From Clostridiales bacterium (lineage in GTDB: Bacteria; Bacillota; DSM-16504; Desulfitibacterales; JAICDB01): a stretch of DNA of 64,000 nt. Positions 20,333 through 29,944 of the stretch are shown here, in pieces. Positions within the stretch are counted from its first letter, which is position 1; every line of letters starts with the position of its first letter. The notes beneath the pieces are model-generated. The model did no database searches. It saw only the letters and a program-made list of their open reading frames with translations, and was not told the DNA's origin. A program made the position numbers and the translations under genes. Location of the stretch: contig JAICDB010000005.1 in NCBI GenBank assembly GCA_020063565.1, positions 3,849 to 67,848 on the forward strand. The letters are read 5' to 3'.

Positions 20333-21112
20333 CTATTTAGAAGTATTTGCAAACCATCCAATATAGCTGGTAAGTTTATATCTATCACCGCGGTAAATCG
20401 ACCTTCCCCAACCTACAGGCTTTTTATCAAAATCATAAATCGTTTGCTCAACCACAAAGACCGGGGTATTCAGTTCAACTTCTAAAATTGATGCTTCTTC
20501 TTCAGTAACAATTGACGCATGCAGCACTCTTTTGCTTGTAGTAGGAAAGTGATCACCGTGCAATACAGCCAAATTTGACAGTGAAGGATCTTTTAGTTCC
20601 GTTTCCAGGATAGGCTTTTGTTTTGAATACTTGATATATTTTTTCTCATAGACTAAAGGTTCGTTATCTGCTGATAACACCAGGCTAAAGTAAAGACAGT
20701 TGGTACCTATAGGCACTTCCAACTTGTTAGATAATATCTTGTCAGCTTTTACAATCCTTACACCTAAAAGTTTTGAACTCGGCGTCATTCCCTTTTTGGT
20801 TATTTCTTCATGAAAATCGCCTAATTCAAATATGACTTGATTTAAATTAGGTTTGGCTACAAAAGTCCCTTTGCCTTTTTGAGAGTAGACTAATCCTGCA
20901 TTTATCAGCTCTGAAATAGCCCGACGAACGGTCATTCTGCTTATTTCAAAAGTCTCTGCTATTTCATGCTCGGGAGGCAATGCTTCTCCAGGCTTAAGTT
21001 TCCCTTTAATGATATACTCTTCAAATAATTTAAAAATTTGATAGTAAATAGGAATAACCGAATTTTTATCTACTTTTTCTTTGTTTATACGTTGAAGTTC
21101 CATTTTTATCAA
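20333..21112 (-). CDS. GntR/HutC-family transcriptional regulator (UTRA domain)
   Basis: IPIYYQI, LPPEHEI...EISRMTVRRA, KGKGTFV, C-terminal YRGDRY. Confidence 0.93.
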   Translation of the reverse strand: MIKMELQRINKEKVDKNSVIPIYYQIFKLFEEYIIKGKLKPGEALPPEHEIAETFEISRMTVRRAISELINAGLVYSQKGKGTFVAKPNLNQVIFELGDFHEEITKKGMTPSSKLLGVRIVKADKILSNKLEVPIGTNCLYFSLVLSADNEPLVYEKKYIKYSKQKPILETELKDPSLSNLAVLHGDHFPTTSKRVLHASIVTEEEASILEVELNTPVFVVEQTIYDFDKKPVGWGRSIYRGDRYKLTSYIGWFANTSK

Positions 21113-21115
21113 ACC

Positions 21116-21125
21116 TGTCTAGACA
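21116..21125. promoter_or_regulatory. Candidate GntR/HutC operator (autoregulatory)
   Basis: Perfect palindrome TGTCTAGACA immediately upstream of the gntR start. Confidence 0.6.
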
Positions 21126-21199
21126 ATTATACTGTAGTTATTTATAGAATAGCATAATATGTCTCTGATAGTCAATTAATTATGTAACACATATTCCCA

Positions 21200-22444
21200 T
21201 CAAAGTTTTCTACGCACCAGAATAGTATAAGACAAAACCGATCCGAAACTAACAGCGGCAATTACTACACCCAAAGGCAGCGCTGTTTGGCTGCCACCTA
21301 AACCTACAAGAGGAGCTGCAAAAGCACCGAAGATAAATGACAGTACTCCGAGAACCGCCGATGCACTACCTGCAGTTTGACCCTGATTTTGCATGGCTAA
21401 GGAAAAACCGGTAGTCATCACAATTCCCACACTCGATACTGCAAAGAACAGAGGTAGTAAGATAAGAAACAGCCCTGCCTCCATAATTATTGCAGTTAAA
21501 AGCATACTGCTTCCGATAAAAGAAATACCAATTCCTGTAACAAACAATTTGGTTTCATTTATTCGTCCTGCCAACCTTCCGGTTACTTGACTAGCTATAA
21601 TAATTCCAAAACTATTTATAGCAAACAATAAGCTGAAAATTTGCGGTGAGATAGAAAAAATCTCTTGAAGCACGAACGGCGAACCAGATATATATGCAAA
21701 CATAGCGGCTGACACAAGCCCTTGTGACAACGCATAACCCATAAAAATACGATCATTAATAAGATTACGCAGTATGGACAAAGTATTATTTATTCCTGCT
21801 TCTGAGCGGCTTTGAGCAGGTAATGTCTCGGAAACACCGAAAAAAACGGTAAGAAGTAAAATTATTCCTATAACAGCCAATACAATAAACACTCCGTGCC
21901 ATGACGTCACTCGCAATAGTTGCCCGCCCGCAATAGGTGCAAGAACCGGTGCCGCACCGTTAACCAGCATTAAACGAGAAATAAATTTTGTCAACTCTGA
22001 ACCCGAATAAAGGTCCCGCACTATAGCACGAGAAATAACAACCCCGGCTGCCCCTGCTAAACCTTGAAGAAACCGCAATACTATTAATAACCAGATAGAA
22101 GGACTAAGGGCACATAACAAAGATGAAACTATATAAATGGTAAGTCCTACAAGCAGCGGCTTACGGCGCCCACGTATGTCGCTCAAGGGACCGGCAAATA
22201 ATTGTCCTATGGCTAATCCCAGTAGAAAAAAGGTTAGACTGAGCTGTGCAGATGATGCACTGGTATTGAGCCCTTTCGCCAGCCCAGGCAAAGCAGGTAA
22301 ATACATGTCAATGGACAAAGGCCCCAACGCAGTTAGTCCACCTAAAATCAAGGATAATTGTAAGCAGTTTACTCGTGTAGAAAGTTGAACAGCAGCAGAG
22401 TTTTTTGCACAGTTTTCCATTAGAAAATCAAACCTTTCCATCAT
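21200..22444 (-). CDS. Bcr/CflA-family multidrug MFS transporter
   Basis: LGPLSIDMYLPALP, GPLSDIRGRRKPL, AIVRDLY, YISGSPFV. Confidence 0.93.
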   Translation of the reverse strand: MMERFDFLMENCAKNSAAVQLSTRVNCLQLSLILGGLTALGPLSIDMYLPALPGLAKGLNTSASSAQLSLTFFLLGLAIGQLFAGPLSDIRGRRKPLLVGLTIYIVSSLLCALSPSIWLLIVLRFLQGLAGAAGVVISRAIVRDLYSGSELTKFISRLMLVNGAAPVLAPIAGGQLLRVTSWHGVFIVLAVIGIILLLTVFFGVSETLPAQSRSEAGINNTLSILRNLINDRIFMGYALSQGLVSAAMFAYISGSPFVLQEIFSISPQIFSLLFAINSFGIIIASQVTGRLAGRINETKLFVTGIGISFIGSSMLLTAIIMEAGLFLILLPLFFAVSSVGIVMTTGFSLAMQNQGQTAGSASAVLGVLSFIFGAFAAPLVGLGGSQTALPLGVVIAAVSFGSVLSYTILVRRKL

Positions 22445-22456
22445 AGTTGTCTTTAT

Positions 22457-22610
22457 TTATTCTTGTATTTTTTCTAAATCCTCAAGTATTTTGAAAAATA
22501 GATGTCGGAAAAATATTTTTTCTTGGAGAGCATCCCTTACCGCTCCGGCTGCAATACGGTCTTTTTCGGTGAGATAAACCCGTGATACTCTGTGGTCTTT
22601 TACTACTGTA
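22457..22610 (-). pseudogene. MarR-family regulator fragment
   Basis: KDHRVSRVYLTEK wing motif directly upstream of the Bcr/CflA gene; HTH missing. Confidence 0.5.
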
Positions 22611-22817
22611 GCTTCTTTTATATCATATATGTTATAAATCAATCACTTCTTTAAAACTTTTTTTCTTCTGAAATTTTGTCAAATTCATTTTTGCACCTCA
22701 TCCTTTCTTTAGTTTTGTTTACTCACTTAACTATTTCAAGGATTGAGAGCCCTATCCCTTTTCCTTCCATTTTTTACCCACTAATCTTCCACAAACGTTT
22801 TACTCATACTGTAACAA

Positions 22818-22861
22818 TCAAGGGGGCTGTTCCAAATAGTAGCTTTGGAGCAGCCCCTTGA
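22818..22861. terminator. Stem-loop downstream of the MFS gene
   Basis: CAAGGGGGCTGTTCCAAA...TTTGGAGCAGCCCCTTG. Confidence 0.55.
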
Positions 22862-22892
22862 AAAGGTATAACAAGGCAAATTTCAAAGTCTA

Positions 22893-24122
22893 TCAAATGG
22901 CAGCTTCGGGTTTGGCATCAGCCTTTGCCCTAGCCTTAGCTCCCAATTCAGGGAGAAACAATTCAATAACTCCCACCAAAAACAAGAATAAGCTAGCTAA
23001 TGCAAATAATATGTTGTAATTTTCCCCACTTAATGGTGCAATAATGAAAGATGGGATAAAAAACGCGCCTATAAGTTGTAAAGTTGCCATGAGTCCTCCG
23101 GCACTCCCGGCATAGACAGGACCGATTTCCGGAAGCAGCATTGGGAATGCCATCAACAGCGGTACGCTCATTCCTAAGAAGACTCCTAGAGCAAAAAGAA
23201 ATATCCACACACTTACTCCTTGAACAACCCAAGAGATGTACATAACAACTGCTCCCAAAACTGCTACAGGAGTCAGGAAAGGTTTAATTCTACCCATGCG
23301 ATCGGATATAAAGGGACCTACGATACTGCCCAGGATGGTACCAAACGTTACCACCGATGTCATGACACCGGCTTTTGCCGGGTCTATACCACGCACCTGG
23401 GTTAATGCATTGGGCAAAAATCCGGTGAAAGCCATATTAGCACCCATGAAACACATCAGCGCCAAGCCAACCAACCAGATATTTCTACTCCTGGCAGCCA
23501 CACCAATATACTTTAACACGGGCATGGCCGGTAATTCAGGTGCACCCTCTGACTTGGCCTTTATAAAAGTCATCCATAAAATCCATATTACAAACATAAC
23601 TATACCCGCAGTAGTATATGCACTCTTAACTGTAGGAAATAAAGCGGAAGTCGCTAAAGCTACGCTCATACCAATACCAGCGGCAGTAAAGTAGATTCCC
23701 ATAGCTGTGCCCATCTGCTCCTTAGGAAACCATGCTCCCAGCAGCTTTGACACATTGGCATTCAAGAGAGCTGAACTGATTCCAGCCAGAAACATCAGAG
23801 CAAAAAGACCCCAGAACCCATTGGCGGTATATCGGAAATATACTCCTACTATCGAAAAAATAAAACCCACTGTAACAACTCTTTTGACACCAAACCTGTC
23901 TGCCAGAGCCCCCGCTGCAAGACTAAAAAATACAGCCGGCAACATGGGTGCTGAGAGGACCATGGCAAAATTTCCAGGTGTCAGGTCTAAATCGGGAATA
24001 ATCTTATATGCCAAGGCTGCAACCTGAAATTGTGCAGCAACTCCAATAAATGTGGCACACCACATAATAGCCAAAATGACCCAGCGATAAGGTGATAGCA
24101 ATACTTTGGAGCTATCACTCAT
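22893..24122 (-). CDS. MFS transporter (substrate uptake/product export for the methyltransferase cassette)
   Basis: About 12 TM segments, GALADRFGVKRV, ISDRMGRIK, WFPKEQMG. Confidence 0.9.
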   Translation of the reverse strand: MSDSSKVLLSPYRWVILAIMWCATFIGVAAQFQVAALAYKIIPDLDLTPGNFAMVLSAPMLPAVFFSLAAGALADRFGVKRVVTVGFIFSIVGVYFRYTANGFWGLFALMFLAGISSALLNANVSKLLGAWFPKEQMGTAMGIYFTAAGIGMSVALATSALFPTVKSAYTTAGIVMFVIWILWMTFIKAKSEGAPELPAMPVLKYIGVAARSRNIWLVGLALMCFMGANMAFTGFLPNALTQVRGIDPAKAGVMTSVVTFGTILGSIVGPFISDRMGRIKPFLTPVAVLGAVVMYISWVVQGVSVWIFLFALGVFLGMSVPLLMAFPMLLPEIGPVYAGSAGGLMATLQLIGAFFIPSFIIAPLSGENYNILFALASLFLFLVGVIELFLPELGAKARAKADAKPEAAI

Positions 24123-24162
24123 AACATGTTTTCACCCCTTTTAGTTTTTAGAAAAGACGCAA

Positions 24163-24783
24163 TTACCCAAATATTTCATCGGCAATTTTTAATCCTTCAC
24201 CTGCCGCCTTGGCATAATAGTCTGCTCCTACATGTTCCTTAACGACTTCATCAATATAGTTTCCGCCAATCATTACCTTAACATCCAATCCTTCTGCCCT
24301 GATTGCGTCAATTGCCTCTTTCAAAGAATCCTGACAAGCGGTCAAAAGCACACTCATGCCCACAAGGGGTGCATTTGATTCCTTAATTGCCTCAACAAAC
24401 TTTTCTTTCGGAACGTCTACCCCCAAATCTATAACGTTATATCCTGCTCCTTTTAAAAGCATAACAACGATATTCTTACCAAGGTCGTGGATATCTCCTT
24501 TGACGGTACCAATAACAATATTTCCCTTGTAATTGCCACTGCTTCCGCTGAGGTGTGGTTCTAAAATATCCATGGAATCTTTCATGATTTCACCGCACAT
24601 AACCAGTTCGCTTAGAAAATATTCTCCGGTTTCAAAAAGCCTACCAACCTCTGCCATTCCCTGTTGCAAGGAATTCACAATTTCTAAAGGATCAACTCCA
24701 CTTTCCAAACGCTCCTTAACCAGTTTCAGCACTTGCTCCTCTTCTAATTCAGCGATTGCCTTCGATAAAGTATCTGTTAGCAT
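24163..24783 (-). CDS. Methyltransferase corrinoid protein (MtaC/MtvC-like)
   Basis: GEYFLSEL, GTVKGDIHDLGKNIV, DLGVDVP, SVLLT, MIGG. Confidence 0.93.
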   Translation of the reverse strand: MLTDTLSKAIAELEEEQVLKLVKERLESGVDPLEIVNSLQQGMAEVGRLFETGEYFLSELVMCGEIMKDSMDILEPHLSGSSGNYKGNIVIGTVKGDIHDLGKNIVVMLLKGAGYNVIDLGVDVPKEKFVEAIKESNAPLVGMSVLLTACQDSLKEAIDAIRAEGLDVKVMIGGNYIDEVVKEHVGADYYAKAAGEGLKIADEIFG

Positions 24784-24826
24784 TGATATTCAACTCCTTT
24801 GTGATGTATTGACATGAATTGCTTTA

Positions 24827-24997
24827 CTAACGCTGCACCCAAAACCATATAAAGCTATAAGCAAATTCGTCCAGCTTTTCCCACTCTTTTTTTACTATTT
24901 CCTCATTACCGTGAATCTCTTCTAATTCTTCCTTTTTAATTTTCCATGGAACACAAGTACCCGGGTCCGGAACAAAAGATTTTTCTTTTTCAGACAT
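24827..24997 (-). CDS. Small Trp-rich protein (56 aa) in the methyltransferase operon, absent from the ORF track
   Basis: RBS GAGGAGGG, then MSEKEKSFVPDPGTCVPWKIKKEELEEIHGNEEIVKKEWEKLDEFAYSFIWFWVQR*; fills the gap between the URO-D and corrinoid genes. Confidence 0.8.
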   Translation of the reverse strand: MSEKEKSFVPDPGTCVPWKIKKEELEEIHGNEEIVKKEWEKLDEFAYSFIWFWVQR

Positions 24998-25021
24998 TTT
25001 GTTTTTCCCTCCTCTATCCTA

Positions 25022-26200
25022 TTAATAAACGCCATACTCTCTAGCTGCTTCAATCATAGCGTAAATATTTTCCTTTTTAGCGTCACCCATCACTACACCA
25101 CCTGGATTGAGGATGAAGCCTCCATCACAGGCCAATTCATCAATAGTTCTCTTAACATGTTCCTTTACTTCTTCCGGTGTCCCATAGGTTAACAATGTAG
25201 TGGGCACACCGCCCTGGAGACAGAATCTGCCGCCGAGAATTTCTTTGGCCTTTTTAGCATCAGTGTTATCAATTTGAAAAATAATACTTTTTTCCGGCAG
25301 TTCAGCGATTTTCTCTAGATACGGAGTCCAATCCCCTTCAGCATAGAATAACATTCTCTTTCCTTGTGCCCAGAGACCTTCGATGGTAGCTTTCAATGAT
25401 GGCCAGTAGTATTTCTCCCATTGGTGAGGATTAAGGAACGGATATGCTCCGCGATGAAGCGGTGCAAAACATGGGAATCGCTTATCTGCGCCGGGTCCCG
25501 AAACACCCTGTTTTATGTTATGAGGAGTAATTGCTTCGCACGCAGCTAGAACTTTCTCCGGACGACGGCGAAGATCCAGGAGAATCCCTTTCATTGACCT
25601 CAAAGCATCGCCCAGCGTATCAAAAGGAGCTTTTGTCATTCCTGCAGTTTGCCCAACTACGCCATGCTCCCTAGTCCATTTTTCCCAAGCAGCAGCCATC
25701 GTACCAGCCTGCATGGCAAAAGCAGCTGCGCTTTTAATCAGAGCCACAGTAGCTCTATATGATCCGGGTTCAGCAAATTCATCGCTAATGCGAGGCAAAA
25801 AATTTGTAGCAAGCCACTCCGTAGGGTTGGCTATAAAATCGTCGTAATCTTCCGCTTTCATGTATTCTTCTTCATTATATTGAAATGTAGAATTCTCATC
25901 CAACCCTATGCCGGGAAACTTATATAATTTGGATCCCATTGCGTCAAACATCGGCGGCCACCACAAACAAGGTCCTCCACCAAAAATATCCACATCAAAA
26001 TCCGATAACATTTCGTCTACGATACTGTTGCTTTTATTTAAATCGTAAAATACTTCCTGCAAATTGGTATCTGTGTATTTAACAACCCATTCTCCAATCC
26101 CCAAGCAAATGGGGACCTTATCCGGCTTGCCGCATTCCATAGCAATGGTGTAACGTTCCAACCTTTCCTGGTAAAGTTTTTCCTTTTCGTTCATAATCAT
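25022..26200 (-). CDS. Uroporphyrinogen decarboxylase-family protein, probable substrate:corrinoid methyltransferase
   Basis: KPDKVP, APFD.L...LRSMKG...DLRRRPEKV, PLHRG..PFL...WEKYYWP, FYAEGDW, GGVPTTLLTYGTPEEV, GGFIL, ENI.AM. Confidence 0.88.
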   Translation of the reverse strand: MIMNEKEKLYQERLERYTIAMECGKPDKVPICLGIGEWVVKYTDTNLQEVFYDLNKSNSIVDEMLSDFDVDIFGGGPCLWWPPMFDAMGSKLYKFPGIGLDENSTFQYNEEEYMKAEDYDDFIANPTEWLATNFLPRISDEFAEPGSYRATVALIKSAAAFAMQAGTMAAAWEKWTREHGVVGQTAGMTKAPFDTLGDALRSMKGILLDLRRRPEKVLAACEAITPHNIKQGVSGPGADKRFPCFAPLHRGAYPFLNPHQWEKYYWPSLKATIEGLWAQGKRMLFYAEGDWTPYLEKIAELPEKSIIFQIDNTDAKKAKEILGGRFCLQGGVPTTLLTYGTPEEVKEHVKRTIDELACDGGFILNPGGVVMGDAKKENIYAMIEAAREYGVY

Positions 26201-26365
26201 TTCCCCCCTAATTATTAAAAATATATTACAATAAAATTTTCTTTTCCCCGGGTTAACACATCATCTTTTCTTAAGATTTAAGGTGGTAGAAAAATCATTT
26301 TTACATTTTCTCTCCTTTCTATTTAAGATATAGGGTTTTCTGACCTGAATCTTTTCAGGGCAATC

Positions 26366-27208
26366 TTAGTCTACTAAAATATCTTTGCGATGTGCTTTTA
26401 AGTAATTCTTGCCAAAACGGTCTTTACCCATTAGCAATTCCGTAGTAGTTATCGCAGTAATGATTTTACCGTCCAATGGATCAAGTATAGCGGCATCCAT
26501 TCCAAACGCCATACAAATTGATAAGAAATACCGGTTAATTATCTTTCTTTTAGGCATGTTATAGGAAATGTTACTCAGACCAGAAACAGTTTTAACATTA
26601 AACTTCTCTTTAATAGCGGTTATACACTGGAAAAACATCTTCGCATTAGTGTGATCAACTGCAACCGGGAGCACTAGCGGGTCAATATACAATTTAGTTA
26701 AATCATAATTTTCTTTCGTTAAAATCTCGACAAGCTGTTCTGCAAGCCTAATTCTCTCTTCGGCAGTTTTTGGAATACCACTGTCGTCCACTGTCAAACC
26801 TATTACCGGGCACTGGTATTCAAGAATAAGTGGCAGTACCTCTTCGAGGCGGTTTTTCTCCAATGAAATGGAATTAACTAGAACCTTACTCTTATCACCT
26901 TTGACTGTTTCTAAGCCTTTTTTAATTGCTGCAGCAGAAGTACTGTCAATACATAACGGTACATCCGTAACTTCCTGAACAGTGTTTACGAGCCACTCCA
27001 TATCAGGCACTTCGTTATTTTGTGCAGTATTCAAATCCAGGTAATCGGCACCCGCTGCAACTTGTCTCTGGGCAAGATCCTGAACAGCCGCAGTGTCTTT
27101 GTCACTAATTAACTGACGCACACTAGGAATAGCGCTATTTAGCTTTTCACCAATAATCAACATATTTCTCAATCCTCCGTGAGCTGGTTTGTTGATATCC
27201 GAAAACAT
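26366..27208 (-). CDS. Methyl-corrinoid:tetrahydrofolate methyltransferase (AcsE/MtvA-like pterin-binding); likely start MLIIGE at 27163
   Basis: IIGEKLN, GADYLDLN, PLCIDS, LVNSIS, YIDPLV, SGLSNISY, DAAILDP. Confidence 0.92.
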   Translation of the reverse strand: MFSDINKPAHGGLRNMLIIGEKLNSAIPSVRQLISDKDTAAVQDLAQRQVAAGADYLDLNTAQNNEVPDMEWLVNTVQEVTDVPLCIDSTSAAAIKKGLETVKGDKSKVLVNSISLEKNRLEEVLPLILEYQCPVIGLTVDDSGIPKTAEERIRLAEQLVEILTKENYDLTKLYIDPLVLPVAVDHTNAKMFFQCITAIKEKFNVKTVSGLSNISYNMPKRKIINRYFLSICMAFGMDAAILDPLDGKIITAITTTELLMGKDRFGKNYLKAHRKDILVD

Positions 27209-27369
27209 TATAATCCAACCAGTAAATTTAATTTTCTAAAAATATTTCTGCTTCTACCGCATCCATTTAACGTTCAATAGAGGCAATAATCTGATGAATA
27301 AATCTATTATATTTTCCTGGTTCCACCCCCGTATTCCCATTTTTAAATTCACCTGATTAAGCTTAAGTA

Positions 27370-27437
27370 ACAACTATACATATATTTACAGTAGATATAC
27401 CGTTAATAACAATTCTATATGTATAGTTGTATATACA
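27370..27437. promoter_or_regulatory. Operator-like region upstream of the methyltransferase operon
   Basis: 15-bp perfect inverted repeat ACAACTATACATATA (27370-27384) / TATATGTATAGTTGT (27416-27430), overlapping palindrome TGTATATACA (27428-27437). Confidence 0.55.
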
Positions 27438-27919
27438 GATGACGTTTTATTTTATTTTACCAAGATTCAAATTAATTTTCAAGTTATAATTGCATAATTT
27501 ATCTTTCTTTTTTTATTTTTCTAATTTTTCATTCAAGGGATATTCACTCTAACTTTAGGCTCAAAACGCTATCTCCACTTGAAGATCCTTTGCCTATTGT
27601 TGAAGATGCTATATCTTGCAACTATTAATAACATAAAAAAATGGACCCAGGAACTAGAAACTGGCCCAGTATACTCACTCAGTTAAGCATTTATTTTGAG
27701 GAAATTAGATTAAGATTTTAAAATAACTGGTTCTTCTCCAAAACAGTTGGTTTAGAAGCTAGCATTTTCCTGGCAGGCCTATTTAACTTTAAATGTTAAG
27801 TAATAGGGTTTAAATTTTGAGAGTCGTTTTTTGTATTACTTAACATCTATATAGTTTACATAATCTTATATTATCAGCCAAAATGGGACATCAAAGGAGA
27901 TCCCAATGCGTAAGAATTA

Positions 27920-29251
27920 TTATTCTCTTTCCAATGGGGCGAGAGGAAAAACCACAATAAAACTTGAGCCTTCTCCGAGCTTGCTTTGGACTTCTATTTT
28001 TCCGTTATGTTCCTTGACGATCCAGCTTGCAATATTTAAACCAAGTCCTGTTTCTCCTTGCGCTCGGGATCTAGATTTATCAACCCGATAAAATCTATCA
28101 AAAATCCGTTCTTTATCTTCATCACTAATACCAATTCCTGTGTCTGTCACTCTAATATAGATATTTTCATGTTCGGCATGCAACTGAAATGAAATATTGC
28201 CACCTGGTGGGGTATATTTGAAAGCATTATCAAGTAAAATGTGTAAAAGCTGTTTTATCCTCAATTCATCTCCAAGAAATTTAATATTTTCCTGTACCTT
28301 TTTTTCTAACTTTATTTTTTTACTAGCAAATATGGTTTCCATTTCCTTAATAGTAACGTAAACTGTTTTGGAGAGGTCAAAGATTTTTTTCTGGAGATCA
28401 ATTTGATTAGCATCTATTTTTGCCAGCAGTAGCAATTCATTTACCAGTTTAGACATCATTTTTGTTTCTGCCTGAATATTATTTAACCACTTAATATTAT
28501 CACTAATCTTTTCTTCCTGATTTGACAATAGGATTTCTAAATTCGTTTGCATTACTGTCAAAGGAGTCCTTAGTTCATGAGAGGCATCTGCCACAAAATC
28601 CTTTTGCTGCTGCCAGGATTTCTGGACGGGAACTAAAGATTTTCCGGCCAACAACCATCCTATTGTTGCTAAAATGATAATACTAAAAAGCCCCAAACTA
28701 ATTAGAGTTGTCATTAAACTTGACATAAAGGCAGTTTCTCGATTTATATTTGTATATACCTGGACTATACCTTTCTGCCCGTTTTTTTCCATAGGTACTG
28801 TCAGAAGACGTATTTTTCCCTCGCTTGTTTCCAGGTTCACGAAGTGAGACAAATTATTTTCATTAACTTTTTTTGCATACTTAAGAGACGTAGAAAAAAT
28901 AGAATTATCCCCCACAGTGGAAGCTGTGACGTTTAAATTCTGGTCACGCAAAATGTAGTTAGTTTCAAACGGATATCTTTCTTTTTTATTTATTCTCATA
29001 AAAAATTTTTCAAAAACATTTTCTTCAAACGACCCATCTTTATCTATTTTTATATCCTTTCTTATGAAATGCTTGGATGGAATCTGGTATAAATCATCTA
29101 CCCTGTAAGCCGCATTTCGTAACCCGCGATCAGCTCTTAAAAATATAATCTTTGACATAAATAAATAGACAATGATTGAAAAAATAAGCATAAATACTAT
29201 TAAAATAACAGTATTATAGATTGTCAGTTTGAAATGCAGCTTTTTAAACAT
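27920..29251 (-). CDS. Sensor histidine kinase
   Basis: Two TMs, FVADASHELRTPL, LLDNAFKY, DTGIGI, RFYRVD, GLGL. Confidence 0.95.
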   Translation of the reverse strand: MFKKLHFKLTIYNTVILIVFMLIFSIIVYLFMSKIIFLRADRGLRNAAYRVDDLYQIPSKHFIRKDIKIDKDGSFEENVFEKFFMRINKKERYPFETNYILRDQNLNVTASTVGDNSIFSTSLKYAKKVNENNLSHFVNLETSEGKIRLLTVPMEKNGQKGIVQVYTNINRETAFMSSLMTTLISLGLFSIIILATIGWLLAGKSLVPVQKSWQQQKDFVADASHELRTPLTVMQTNLEILLSNQEEKISDNIKWLNNIQAETKMMSKLVNELLLLAKIDANQIDLQKKIFDLSKTVYVTIKEMETIFASKKIKLEKKVQENIKFLGDELRIKQLLHILLDNAFKYTPPGGNISFQLHAEHENIYIRVTDTGIGISDEDKERIFDRFYRVDKSRSRAQGETGLGLNIASWIVKEHNGKIEVQSKLGEGSSFIVVFPLAPLERE

Positions 29252-29252
29252 T

Positions 29253-29924
29253 TTACCTCTCCTTCAACATGTATCCTACGTTACGAATGGTCATTATCTC
29301 AATATCAGCACCCTTTTTCAATTTTTTTCTTAAATTATGTATATAGACTTCTACATTGCTTATCAGAATATCTACATCATGTCCCCAGATTTTATCCATT
29401 ATCTGTTCTCTCGTGAAAACCAACCCCGGTCTCTTCAAGAATATTTCCAGAATTTGTCCCTCTTTTGCTGATAAACTAAACTCCCTACCGGCTACCTTCA
29501 TTACATAACTTCTGCTATCATATTCAACATTTCCAATAGATAATTTGCCAGTATTATACCCACCACCGGCCCGGCGGGCCAGCGAGCGGATTCTTGCCAA
29601 AAGTTCCTGGGTAGCAAAAGGTTTAACCAAATAATCATCAGCGCCTAAATCAAGACCTGCAACACGGTCTTCAACTGCATCTCTAGCCGTTAAAAGCAAA
29701 ACCGGTGTCGAATCACCTTCTTTCCTGATTGTCTTAAGTATATCAAGCCCACTTTTCCTTGGAAGCATAATATCCAGAACAATAACATCATAAATTTGCT
29801 TTTCTGCAAATAATAATCCCGCATCCCCATCATTAGCTACATCCACATGGATTTTTTCTTTCTCCAACAGACAGGAAAGTGCATCAGTAAGACGCACCTC
29901 ATCTTCAACCAAAAGTATTCGCAT
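29253..29924 (-). CDS. OmpR-family response regulator
   Basis: ILLVEDE, LDIMLP, LTA, GADDYLVKPF, winged helix VEVYIHNLRKKL, RNVGY. Confidence 0.95.
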   Translation of the reverse strand: MRILLVEDEVRLTDALSCLLEKEKIHVDVANDGDAGLLFAEKQIYDVIVLDIMLPRKSGLDILKTIRKEGDSTPVLLLTARDAVEDRVAGLDLGADDYLVKPFATQELLARIRSLARRAGGGYNTGKLSIGNVEYDSRSYVMKVAGREFSLSAKEGQILEIFLKRPGLVFTREQIMDKIWGHDVDILISNVEVYIHNLRKKLKKGADIEIMTIRNVGYMLKER

Positions 29925-29944
29925 ACTTTCACCCCCATGAGCTT

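Noticed and set aside
25022-26200. True hemE
   Set aside because: Lacks the HemE W.MRQAGR motif and sits among corrinoid methyl-transfer genes.
26290-26325. RBS followed by ATG-TAA between the two methyltransferase genes
   Set aside because: Could be a remnant start or minimal uORF, but too short to support any call.
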